From a virus, in the IMG/VR virus record IMGVR_UViG_3300023184_000082, positions 15,892 through 79,891 of that record: 64,000 nucleotides of DNA. One strand, written 5' to 3'. Positions 1-13,100 of this stretch are shown in pieces. Position 1 is the first letter of the stretch; the number at the start of each line of letters is the position of its first letter. The translations under genes were made by a program, and so were the position numbers. The notes below the pieces were generated by a model that did no database searches, was not told the origin of the DNA, and worked only from the letters and a program-made list of their open reading frames with translations.

Positions 1-2
1 AT

Positions 3-818
3 GGCATAAGAACATACAAGCGTCATCCAAGCACAGATTTGGGTCAACAAATTGAGCAAATTGTTCAAGATCCATCAATGTTGCTGGAAAGTTTTGGCAT
101 AGAGCCAACAAAAGATCTTGAAAATCTTGTTGACAAATTGCGCAGGATGTGGGCAGAGCCACAAGAGTCAACAGCGCCTTCGGGCGGGTCATTCCGACAA
201 GTGTTGTTCGATGGCGTCCCTTTCCAGTCTCAATTCACGATCAATCCGTGGGGATCCCTGCCACAGGCAAACAGTGGAAATGTGCTAAATGGTCAATACG
301 CAGGAGAGACAGGCGCTGGTTCAACAGGAAATGTCACAAGGGTCAGAAACGTCCGAGGAACAGGAACGCCAGAGCCGGAAGAGACCGCAACGAGCAGGGC
401 AATGGACATACTCACGGGACGTGTAAAAGCTACGGCAACAAAAGCCCGGGTTGCTCCTGCTCCGGCGGTAAATATCATCAAGGCAATCAAGGGTTCAATC
501 CTAGATGATTGGCATGCAGTGATATCAAGCGGAGAAGAACCCGATGTTCCCGATGCAATAGATCTCATTATCAAATACCTAAGCAAAAAGCCGCGCGATC
601 AAAAAACAATCCGACAACTATTTGATCTCCCGTCATACACCATGCCAAGCGACGAAGAACTTGGTGTGGGGGAGTGGTCGACTGATAAGGAGTATTGGGA
701 CGCTGTCCTCCAAGACGCGGCCCCAAATAATAATGAGGAAATGCAAAAGAAAATCGATGAGATTATAGAACAACTCACCAAGGAGAAAGGTGAATCAGCA
801 AGCCCTCGTCTTGTGTGA
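3..818 (+). CDS. C-terminal part of a hypothetical protein (5'-truncated by window edge)
   Basis: The frame of ORF 39..818 is open back to position 3 (GIRTYKRHPSTDLGQQ...) and the called start is a TTG with no RBS. Stop TGA at 816-818. No recognisable domain. Confidence 0.7.
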   Translation, partial: GIRTYKRHPSTDLGQQIEQIVQDPSMLLESFGIEPTKDLENLVDKLRRMWAEPQESTAPSGGSFRQVLFDGVPFQSQFTINPWGSLPQANSGNVLNGQYAGETGAGSTGNVTRVRNVRGTGTPEPEETATSRAMDILTGRVKATATKARVAPAPAVNIIKAIKGSILDDWHAVISSGEEPDVPDAIDLIIKYLSKKPRDQKTIRQLFDLPSYTMPSDEELGVGEWSTDKEYWDAVLQDAAPNNNEEMQKKIDEIIEQLTKEKGESASPRLV

Positions 819-845
819 TGCAGCATGCGGCTCAATCAATCGGCA

Positions 846-854
846 TGCTATACT
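846..854 (+). promoter_or_regulatory. extended -10-type promoter motif TGCTATACT
   Basis: TGnTATACT just upstream of RBS AAGGAG (861-866) and ATG 870. No clear -35. Confidence 0.5.
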
Positions 855-869
855 TTCCACAAGGAGAAC

Positions 870-1157
870 ATGATGGCCATTACCAAGAAGAACGAAAACT
901 TTTATTACGAGTATGACGAGGATAACGAAGACGGCACGACAAATACCGTTTGGATGCCTGTTGAAAAACTCAAGGGAAGGCAGAGAAAGCAAGCCATCAA
1001 CGAGCTTCAGCGCGGTCGATCAGCAAATGTCAAGAATCGCGATCTGGAAGAAAGCGAAAATCTTCTTAAGTGGATGAAGAAAAAGAAATCATTTTCTGGC
1101 CGAGATATTGCGAAACTTGAACAACGCATCTCGGCAGAAAAAAAGCTTTTCGATTAA
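870..1157 (+). CDS. small hypothetical protein
   Basis: Start revised to ATG 870, in frame with ORF 825..1157 and directly after AAGGAG. Charged, helical-looking sequence. Confidence 0.75.
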   Translation: MMAITKKNENFYYEYDEDNEDGTTNTVWMPVEKLKGRQRKQAINELQRGRSANVKNRDLEESENLLKWMKKKKSFSGRDIAKLEQRISAEKKLFD

Positions 1158-1175
1158 AAATCCAAGGATTATGCA

Positions 1176-4100
1176 ATGATTCCGGATAAAACAGGGGAGA
1201 TTTTGTCGGCAGTCCATGCTCAAAAAACTGGCGGCATTCCAGATACCGCTGCACGTGGTGGGGGCTACATAGTTCAGCACAAACCTGACGTACCTCGTCC
1301 TGATGAACCAGGATCACTTGCATTGCCTCTTGTTGATCAGGCTCATGTGCGCAGTTCAGGAATGAGCGCTAGCGCAATAAGCAGTGATGTTGCAGATATT
1401 GGCACCATGCCGCCTTCTTCCCTGACGCATGGGTCGCCAATGATAACTGCAATGCAAACACCGCGGCAAACTGAACCAAAATGGACAGAAAATGGTCTTC
1501 AATATATCATCAATGGGCAACCTGTAAATGTGCTGTCAAATGGTCAGGATTTGTCGGTGCAGCTTCCAACGGTTACCGGCGCTCCTACTGCACCTCTAGG
1601 CAAGCCTGAGGATGTATCGTCTCACTTGCTGTTTGATCCATCAAAAATTTCACGCAATTCAGGCGGATTGGATAATCTTACATCACAGCAGCTCGACCGT
1701 ATAACTGCATCGATAGGCGCACATGAGGCCAATCAAAAACTCTTGTTCGGGATACAGCGGATCTTCCGTGACGGAGGAAGGGATCCTGCTGCTGGGGAGC
1801 TGACACAGAAACAAAAAGATGATCAGCATAAAGACAAGAAATATGCCAGTCTTGAGCGAAAATACACAAAGGATGGACGCTTGCTTCTGGATGCATTGCC
1901 CCTTACAACTCTCACATCGCTGGCAAGTACAGCCCGTGATCGCGCCAATGCTGCCTACAAGGCGTGGTACGAAAACTCAGGCCCACTTGAAGGAAAAGCA
2001 ACAAAAGCCGATATCAATCAATTGCAACAAATGCGCATGTCTCGCAAAAAACAGTTTGAGTACGGTTTTGAGCCCGGCAATGGCATCATGCGGGTATTCA
2101 CACTTGACGACGGTCGAAAATTCTCCGAGCCAGTTATTCCCGGAAAAATATCCACCTCAAGGGAATTGCCTGATTCCGTGGATCATTTTTCCGGAGTATT
2201 ATTTCCGGGAGATCTTGCTCAATCCGAAGACGAGTTGATAAAGTTTTTGGGCAATCCATCGTATCACCGCGATGCATCCGGAAAAACTGTTCTGGAAGCT
2301 CATAGCGATGCGATGAGAGGCTTCATGGACAATCATCTTGAGCAAGGCATTTTCCCAATGTTGGGAGATAACCGACCAATTTCCAGAGAAACATCGCGTA
2401 CACCTAGTCGTGCGGAAGGTATCGCCGGAGAAGAGTCTGCTGCGTCCAAGACTGCATTGGTCGAAGAGAGGGTTAAGGATGACTTTGCTCTTCTCATGGA
2501 TGAAGTTGCCGAGAAAAGGGCTTCCATGGAGATTGCCCTGCAACAAATCCTTGAGACAATTGCATCGCCTACAGAAAAGTTGGATCTTCCTGAGATCTTT
2601 AAAAAAATAGAAGCCTTGGGCGACACTAAGCTTCCTGAAGCAAAAAAGTTGGAAGAAGAATCCATAGGCGTCCTTCAGCAACGTGAACTGCAGGAAAAAA
2701 TACAGGCTATCAAGTTTTCTGATGGAAAACCATTACGATTGGAAGATCTCATTTCCCCTGCTGTCGATTCCGACGGGAATTCACTTCCGGGTTCATTGCT
2801 TGTCAATATGTCGACACATGGATTCATAGGAAAAACCGCGGCAACTCCTGGCGCGAGGCATCCACTAGCGTCTGTCGCAGCCATTGAGGCGCAAGCCTAC
2901 AACACGGGAAGGATCAGCAAGGGACTTACGACACTTGATGCAGCCAAAGCACGTATTGATCCGGACAATCTCAAGAAAGAAAAAGATTTTGCCGAAAAAA
3001 TCAAAGCCTATTTACAGCAAGCAATGGAAGCATCTCTTCTCAAGTACCGAGCTGATACTCAGCAAACAATAAAAATCCCAACGTTACGTCAAAAAGTACC
3101 CCTCCCTGTTGACGCTGCAATGAAATTTCACAAAAAGCAATTATTTTCCGCACTGCAAATACCAGTGACGACAGGCGTGGATGTAAAAAAATACGCAATG
3201 AGACTGCCTCAGGACCAAGGATCCGAAAAATTAGTTCCAGTCATACGTCTTGTAGACCTCAGACCCGACGAATTTGTCGATCAAGTATCATCCTCAATTT
3301 TCAGCCGTGATGAAGCAAATATTTTTGATACTAAATTAAGTGCTGCGTATGAAAATTTCTCAAGTGCCAAACAAAACATGCAGACGGTTTCAGGGCCCGA
3401 AAGCGAAGCGGCGGTTGCCAATGCACGACAAGGAATTGAGAATGTACTAAAAGAAAATCTTGTCTTGAATGAAACTGAAAGACAAAGCATAGAAAATATA
3501 ATCGGAAAAGATGCCAGTCCATACATAAATCTTGTGAAAAAAGCTCTTCCTAAGGCATTGTTTGACTCATGGCTTGACAAAGTGAAAAATGGCAATTTTC
3601 TAGGCGCCCTGACAATCATGCGGGATCGACTTGACGCAAGTTCCACAAAAACCGCAGCACAACAAAAAATCAAGGCAGACCTTGCGGAGTACACAAGACA
3701 ATTAAGAAATGATGTTTCCTATTATATTCGATCAGAAGGCGAACAAAGCAAAACCCCTACGGGATTATTTTCGCCGAGAATCATTCGCGAAAAGTCACAG
3801 AAATTCACGCCGTATGAAGATTCTACGAATGCCGCATTGTTCAGAAAAGCATATCGGCAATCATTGATAAATTCAGATTCAACGTTATTGGATCCGCAAT
3901 CATTCGATGACGACAAAAGTCCGGAAATGGCAAAGTTTATTGATCAATACCCTCATGTGCTGGTTGATTCCGGACAAGCAGACATCAGGAGTTGGTTTTC
4001 CGAGTCAATACTCAATGCTGCAAAAGACAGGTTTCTTTCATATGAGATTCAACCCAAGAATCCATCAAATATTATACTCCAGTCAACGAGCGCTGCGCAG

Positions 4101-7100
4101 GAGGCGAGAAGCATCATTGACCACATGAGAAAAATGATCGATTACGAAGGTGAATTCCCGTTTGGCGTCCGTACAGATGATCCGAAATCCGATCACCCTT
4201 GGCATGATGCAGAGTGGCATCGAAGGTATACAGTTCCAGGAACCGAATACAAGGAAGACTTTTCAAAAACAGGAGAGTTTGCAACCGGACCTGATGGTTC
4301 TTTTGTGCGCAAAAAAATTAACGTAAAAAAAGACAAAATGCCGGATTACAAAACTGGAGAACTGAAACTTTGGGTACCTACCAAGCAACCTACCGCTGAC
4401 GCACAAGGAAGAATGAAGTACGAAATCAGCAAGGAAGACGACATAAGTTTTCAACCTGAGAAGAGTCTTCTTACTGCGCGGGATTCTAATGGCCTCATGA
4501 TACCGGTAGGATTGCCGAATGGCCTAGATGCAACACAGCTTCAAGGGTACTTCCCCAATCCAACATGGCAAGGTCTTGCAAGAACACCGAATGCTGTTTC
4601 AAAAACTTATGCAGCGCCCATTCTTGCAGCCGTGTATGGCATCACTGGCGATTCTTCTTTTTCAAGGCACCCAGAGTCGCCAATAACCGACGCGGATCTT
4701 AAAAACAAATTACAGGAAGGCATAAATACGTTAAAAAAAGATATCGATACGTACTATGCTAAAGCAACAAAATCTTCAACTGCCGATCCATGGAGACAAG
4801 CACGAGCTGACATGATAGCCATGAGGACATCCAGAGCAGTAGGTTCAGGATCACAGGACATCCTCAAGAAAATTCTTTCTGTGCTGTCAGTAAATAATGA
4901 GGAAATCATGAAGGCCATTGAAGAAAAATATCCCAGAGCTGAACAGTGGCTACCCGAACATGTCAAAGATTTCGAGCTTCTTGCTCAGCTTAACATGCGT
5001 TTGTCTGGAAGCAAAGATGGTAGTGCACCCTCCATGGAAAATATTTTCTCGGGCGATATTCCATCGTATTTTTATCCTGGAAATGACAAGGAAGAAAACG
5101 GAAAAGATGCAGACTGGGTAAAAATGGCACTGGATGTCAAGGCGGATTTGCTGAAAAAATATGCGATACCGGAATTGCCACCCAGTTCCGAAGTGTGGCA
5201 TGAAATTTCTCTTGCTTCTGCTGGACAATTGGTGGCGGACGCCGAAAAAAGAATACAGTTTATTAATGAAATCCAAAACACACCGAGATTGCAAGGAGAA
5301 ATTGCTACTGCAATCAATGAGGCCAAATCGGAAATTGATCAAGCAACATCAAGGTCCCAGCAACAGCAAGCGGTTATGCGTCAACCATTGGATATTGCAG
5401 CGCATTCAAGAGACGTTCTGGATAGATGCATCGCTGAAAAGGTCATGCCATTTGATATATCAAGTTCCCTGTATCCTGACCAAATGAGAGGGAGCGGAAG
5501 TCCGGTGGCATTTTACGCTTTGGGCGACACTGATGCAATAGATTCCCACAACATGATCCATATCGCCTCAGACCCATTGGCGGTCAGATACAATCCTTCC
5601 GCGACATTGAATGAAGCGGGAGAAGCAATTGACTCCATATCAAGATTGCTTTTGTCAAGGAAATCAGGAAATTCACCCGCAAATGCAGGGTTGCCGCTTC
5701 GAACACGCAAGCAACATCAAAAAGATCATGTTCAATCCATGATTGCAGAAATGAAAAAAATATATGATATGACTTCAGGGGACAAGAATCCTTTGTATGA
5801 CATCATAAATGAGATAAATCCCCATGTTGCACCAATTCTCAAGTTGAGCAGCGATCATTTTGACACGCCAGATTGGGAAACCAAATTCCTGAATGCCCTT
5901 GATGCCTATTGCAAAGCGCAGGACATATCGATGATAACTCCTGCTGATGAACATTATCCATCTCGATTGCTTGCCATGCCGGAATCATGGCAGTTCAAAA
6001 CAGAACAAGGCTCCATGATTTCGCATGTTCCAAAAATGATATTTGTAAAGGGAAACATTGAAAAATTCAAACAAAAAAAATTCGATCTTGACAGGACTGT
6101 TGCATGCATTGGCACGGCAAAGTTAAAAGAAGGCGACCCTCTCGATGCAGAAGTGGCGCAGATTGCAAAAAATACCATACAGCAACTGGCAAAGGACAAC
6201 TGGATAATTGTATCTGGAATGGCGAAGGGAATTGATAGCATTTGTCACGGTCAGGCGCTGGAAAGCGGAACGGCAACCATAGGAATATTGCCTCATGGAA
6301 TCACCTCGACACCGGGCGCCTCACAAGCAGAACTCTACAAAAGGATGACGGACCCCAAAGGAATGGGGGTTGTGATGACCGAGTATCTTCCGGGGATGCA
6401 AAATTACGGATCCACAGAAGGAAGTACCGTAAAACAGAACTTGCACAGGAACAGACTTCAGGCAGGACTATCAATTGCAACAGTCATGTTTTCCTCGACA
6501 GCCAGACAAAATTGGATCAAGGAAAACATGGGTGAATACCAGATACAAGCCAATGAAAATGGACTCCTCACAGAAAGAGACATTGAAGACGCCGGTTCAA
6601 TGGCAACCCTTCGGCATTCGTTATATCAAGCAAGAAGAAATTTTGTCCTTGATCCATCCAGCATCGTTGATTCTAATAACAATCTCATTTACAAGGACAT
6701 GGATCTATCAAAAGGCGTCATGACGGGAAACTTCGAGGCAATGGAGAATCTCAACGCAACGAGTTTTAATGCATTAGAGATATCAGGATTGATCGATAAC
6801 CTGAATATCGCCTACGCAACTCGAAATGAACCCAAAAGAACATTTATTGGAGATGGAGCAAACGCTGAACGAGTCCTTACAAACCTTGGAATGACCCAAT
6901 CCCCTGATGAAACCAACGAGTCGTTTTTAGACAGGGTAACACAAGAAATAATGAAGAAGATTGCAGCAAAGGATGCTGATACCAAGGCGGTATTGAAAAA
7001 AATTTCAGACTCATACAATCCGGACGGATCCACCAAGAAATCAATTGTCATTTATGCTCCTGATGAAAATGATGCAAGCTTGAAGCAATTGATCATGGCT

Positions 7101-10100
7101 CGCGAAATGGGAATACCGACCGTTGTTGTTCCGGCAAAGGTAAACTACTCCAAGACAAAGATGGCCGACGAATATGATGAAAATGGAGAACTCACAAGAA
7201 TAAATTCACTCAAGGACTGGGCTCCATTAAAACCAGATACTGTTCACGCACAAAAGGATGAACTGACCGCCACATTGAAGGGAAGCACATACACATTTGG
7301 ATCGGCGGAAGCGCTCTATTATGCCTTTTTGTATGAGAATCCGGAAGACATAAGCAGCATTTCAGATCTTTCAAAAAGACAGCAGGGAATGAACGAAATC
7401 AGGAGAAAAGCAAAACAGGATCAAGAGGCAGGAAGAATCCTTGAACTCACTCGTGACCAGAAAGTTTCAAGGATGTATGATGCTCTCAAGATAAAATTCA
7501 GCAATAAGAATTATGCTAACGTCCTTGCAAAGACCGGAAATGCCACTATTGTGCACGAAAGTCCTGACGCATTCTGGGGCGTCATTGGGGATAGTTCACC
7601 CAAGAATCAAGCAAGCATCGGAACTGGGGCAAATGTCGTTGGTAAATTGCTCATGTTCATTCGCGATCAGCAAAGATCCAATAGCAACACATTGACTCCC
7701 AATGAAATCAGAAGCATGCACTCCACGCAGGAGAATTGTCAAATTCCTTGGAACAAGGCGCTGCCATTTTTTGGCATGTATGCCCAAGATGTGGATTCAT
7801 CAAAAATAACTTCATTGAGTAATGAGCCTCTTCGTGTGGGAATTACCGGATCAAGGGAAGGCTTGACCAGCAGCATGATAGAGGCTGCCTTGCGCGGATC
7901 ACTCAAGATGAATTCTGGCAGCCGCTTGATAACGGAAGATGCAACTGCTGCTCTAGGTCTTTCCGATTTTGAAAAACGAATGGGCATAAAAAGACAAGCG
8001 GTAAGCTCGAATTCGGCGACCAGAAAAATCACCCCTTTGTCTTTCGTGCATGGAGGCGCAAAAGGAGCGGATTCTCAGGCAATAAACTACATATTGTCAA
8101 ACGTAAAAAGATTTGCCATTGATGGAATTGAAAATTCCATAACGGAAATACCATTTGATGCCATGTCTTCAGACGAAAAGGATTTTCAAGATGGCACGGC
8201 TGGCAACAGAAGAAACTCGAAAATCGTGGCGAATTCCGATGTTCTCATTGCAATCTGGGACGGGAAAAGCAGAGGCACCATGCATGCCGTCATGACGGCA
8301 ATACAGCAAGGCAAGCCTGTTCATCTTTGGTCACCTGACGGGAGAGGAGGCATGAAACTTCAGGAGATATACCCATCCAGCAAAGGAAACATGTCCGTTA
8401 TTTCCCCTTCGGATCCATCTCCCAGGGAAAACTCCACACTAAGCATCGCCCAAGATGAACATCCATCACATATTCGCACCTCCACATTGAATCTTGCGGA
8501 AAAATTGCGCACACAGACCTTGACATTGGGAGTAAGTCATGATTCTCCATACATGAGAGGAATTCGAGGAAGCCTGGTCAACTCCGTGAGGCCAAAATCA
8601 GTAAGCATCATGTATTCTCCTGCTCCGTATTCTGCCCAAGAACCAAGTGACGATTTTGCTGTGCCTCGCGGTCATTATCGTGGAGATCATGAATTATTTC
8701 ACGGAAGAATTCACAAGGGTGCGACAAGATACGGTGATCGCGCTTTGCCGGTGGATAGTCCTGACAGTTGGGAATCATTTTCTGGTTTTGAACAGAAAAC
8801 ACCGCTTCAAAAAAGAATTGAAAAAATGGCGAAAGAACGAGCAAGACAAGAAGAAGTAGATTCGTTGTCACTCGGAGGCGCAAAAGAAAAGGTTTCGTCA
8901 ACACCGGGGATGGAAGCTATTGCCATGGCAGTAAGGGGGAACAACAGGGCTTCAAGATACGCATCGGTTGCATCGCAAAATCCCTCGGCTGAAACGTCAG
9001 CGTGGCTCGATGAGTACAACAATGAAAATCCAAAGTTCTTTTCTCCCGAATCAGACAGCGGAAAAAGAATGGCAAAATCAACCTCGCGATCAATGGTTAT
9101 AAAAAATGATCTTTTCCCGAATTTGTTCGCAAAAGTGTCGATTTCCTTTGCTGACAATGAAGCTTTGGGAAGGAGCAGGGATCAGCGCGAATTCAATCAA
9201 GCGACGGCAAAGTTCCACGTGATGTTGTTTCACAGACAACAGCAAACTGATGCATCTGGAAAACCAGCAGATCCATTGATAGTTCCTGTTGGAAGCCTCG
9301 TGTATGAAGTGCCAAGATCTCCTGCGCTTACAAGTCTTTCCGCATCAAGAACTGATTCAGGAAGAGGTGTGTTCGGCGAAGGATACATGAACTATCAACG
9401 AGTCATAAGCATGCTAGCCACAGATGTGGCTAGCAATCTCCTTGCATCCCATCAGGCAACGTCAATTCATCAGGAATTGACCAGACATGCAAGTGGGCTT
9501 TCAACCTTGCTGCAGAACAATGCAAGATATCAGGAATTGAAGAAAAAGAGGGATCGGACAGCAGAAGAAACGTCCGAAATGAAATTGCTGGACGCAAGTC
9601 GTAAAAAACTTGGCACTATTGGCATACCCTTGACTACAGCACCGCAATCTCACGGTCTTGCCACATTGAGGACAAGACAGGAAGACAATCTTGGCGACTT
9701 CATTCATACACATCTTTCATCCACAACATTGCAGCCGAGCTTGCTGCCCACAGCCAGAGGAACAGTAAGTGATCGTCTATCTAGTGCACGAGATCTTTCC
9801 CAGTACGATCCCATTAAAATACCGATAGAGCAGATCAATGAGTACATCGAGAGCCTTCGTGCACACACACAAACCATTGGCTCCCGAGAAGCGTGGCCTC
9901 CTGCGCCTGCGTTGGAAAGCATAGGGCAAACTACCAGAAGAAACAAGCAATTATCTGCAAATCCCAACATCAGATATCAAGCATCACATCAGCAGAGAGG
10001 AAGTTCCCCTCAGTCCGGAATGCTGATGTTATTCAAGGCTCTTGGTGGGGAGGTAAAAGCCGCTGCAGACCATACTCCTCTCGACAAGGATCGCGGAATA

Positions 10101-13100
10101 TATGGAGACGCAACCAGATTGACGGGATTGGCCGGTATTAATCAATTATCATCTCGAAAAATGAATGTAAACGCTGTAGCCTTGCTTTTTGGTTCGCTTC
10201 TTTGGGACAAAACACAAAGAGGACCCTTTGCCACTTTGCAAAATCCAGAAACAAGCACACTTTATCACCTTATTGCTACTCCTTCGAATTCCAGCACAAT
10301 CAAGTATGATGGCAATTTTATGAAACTCTTGCAACAGGGAAGAATTTTCAATTCGCTGAAAAATGTACAGGCCGGGACAATGTCTGCTGACAATTTTCAA
10401 GAAAATGTTGTTTTCAAGAATAACATGTCAGATGTTCAACTTTGGCATGATATTCAAATTGCTGATCTTTTATCAAGCCAAACCAACATGTCTGATGGAC
10501 TCAGAAATGTGGCAAACGACATATTGACAGAGATAGGTGGTAAAAAAACACTGCTGGATGGCAAATACACTCGTGATGGAGTAGCAACAAATCCTGTGGT
10601 GGTCTCGTTGGCCACAAGATGGGCGATGTTTCGTGACAATCTTTTCTGGATGGGAAGAGATGCAAATTTTTCTCAGGATTCATACGCATTAAAAGATGAT
10701 GTACGGAGAAGAATGGCAGAAGCGACAAAGGTCTTGGGTGGCTCGGCTCCTGCGCTTCTGCTTGCGGGACATGTTGCCGAGAATTCAGATGCGTTTTCGC
10801 ACATGAATAATTCCTTGGCGGGAAAAATGCAGGAGACTATCAAGAGAATGATGTCCCAAGGCAGCAAGGGACCAAGAAGCTTGTACGAAACGCTATCTGA
10901 TTTGAAGGATTCCATTTCCCGCGCAAAAAGCAATTTTGTTTTCTTGGAAAATATCAGACATGATGGCCAGGAAAACATGATAAAGATGCGTCCATTGGCT
11001 TCATCAAATGGAGTACAGACAGATCCGCTTGCAGTATCCATCAAGAAATCCTTGGGAATCTCAGCAGGAACTACGTTACTTACGTTACCGGCATATCTGT
11101 CGTCAGCATTTGACCTGATTGCGTCGTTGGATATTTCGTTTGGGGCGGTAAAAAGGAAAATCGGCTTTGAGTCAACGATTGCAAATATCTCAAAATCAAA
11201 TATTGTAGATCAATCAGGCATAACGGAATCCAAAGATACAAAGTTTGTCTTTGTCCCAGGATCCGTATGGCAAGCGACCAAGATGCCCTTTGATGGAATG
11301 AAAGATACACAAGGAAACCTTGTCGTTCCCAATAAACTAAATCCGACTGCCTATGCTCTGGTTGCATCTCGACATCAAGAAATAAACAGGATATTTTTTG
11401 GGCTGACAGGAGGAAAATCATCCGATCAGGAGTTGATTGACGAAAGCGCTCTTTTTTCTAGTGATCAAAAAAACGAACCTCAAGACAGAAGCGCTTCCCA
11501 TTATGTATATATCGGAACGCCGATGGGCAAACAAATTGACGAAGGTCTTGGGGTATTGAATGCCAATGAAAAAGAAAGAATGGCTGAATACCAAAAAGCG
11601 GTCGCAATTGCTATCGGGCATGCAGCAAACATAAAGGGAGCGACCAGACTGCCATCCAATGCCCAATGGTTTCTTCCAAGTGATTCATCAACATTCAAGA
11701 TTATGCAGTCGCAAAATAAGGATATCTTTGAAAAGATCGCTCTCGATGCAATATCCGGAGGAGCTCAAGGATCACTGTCCAGCGAGAAGGATTTGCGAGA
11801 TAGGCAAATACGGGCACTCGTCTGGGCAAGAATGTATATCAATGCAATCCATGAAGCCAAGAGGGACGAAGAAATCAAGACTGCGGAAAAAAATTCGCCA
11901 TCACCATATACAGTGCATGCTCCAGAGGAAGCATCGTTATTCAAGGATTTTGGCGATGAGGATAAAAAGCTTGCGCAAGATTGTTCTTTCATCAAAATAC
12001 GCGCCCTTCAAGATGCATCAATCGATTCGACATCTGAAGCATTGACGTACAGAGACGTTGTTCCAACTTCACTTTCAACACCTTCCCCAACCATTTCCGA
12101 TTCCAATAGTGTCCGCAGCATGACAACGAGGATTTTTACGCTTGAATCAGAGATTCAAAAGGTAAAGCGTGACTTGGAGATGCCCCTGCTGAGCGCAGCA
12201 ACCAAAAGAGATCTTGAAGCAAAGAAGAAGGAACTAACCGATACTCTGTCCAAGCAAGTCGATGTTCGCGCCGCAACAATACGCGCGTCAATGACCACTG
12301 AAGAACTGGCAATCGTTGCAGACAAGAAAAAAATGCTTGATTCCATGGATGAGATAATGAATGACGAAAATGAATGGGAAGCTTTTGATGATGCAGTCGA
12401 TAGCGCAGAAAAACTCAGAAACGTTGATCCTGAGAACCCTGATTTCTTTACCGAAATCACGCACAGTCCTGAGGTTCTTGACATAGATTTTGAAAATCAG
12501 GATTCCATAGATGAGGCGGCATCTGCGCTTGAACAAGGGCAATTGTATTTGCAAAAAGCACTTCCTGTTCTAGCGGCGTACAAGGACACATTAGCGCAAC
12601 TTCAATCAGATGAGGATTATCCTATTCCATCGTATTCTCTTGACAACTCACTTGCTGGAAGCGGGAAAAAGAACATTTCCTATTTCCAATGGTATGAAAA
12701 TCTTGACGACCATCAGAAATCAAGTTCTCAAAAAAATCTCATGAGAAGATATGTGGCTCTCTTGGAATCTTCATTGCTACGACAATTTTTTATCAATGAG
12801 CAACTCAAGAAGGCAACCGGAGATGGACAAAAGTTTACAGTTGCCAGAATGACCAATTATTTCGATGAGTCTTCCGCGTTGCGCAAACGAGAAAAAGATC
12901 GCAATGCATTCATTGAACAATTGACACCAAATGAGTCAATGCTATTGGGAAGTCCGCGAGTGAGCAAAGTTTTTGGTGAAAATCCTCTCAGCGAACCGAC
13001 CGTTGATACATTGTCAATAAAACAACTGAAGGGAATAAGCAGGGGTGGGACATCCATTGAAGATGCCATTTCAAAAGAGCAGGTCATTCCTGTAACTAAT

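Noticed and set aside
5925-6780. Host chromosomal dprA gene
   Set aside because: It is an internal domain of a 4272-aa ORF in a phage context, with no competence or housekeeping neighbours.
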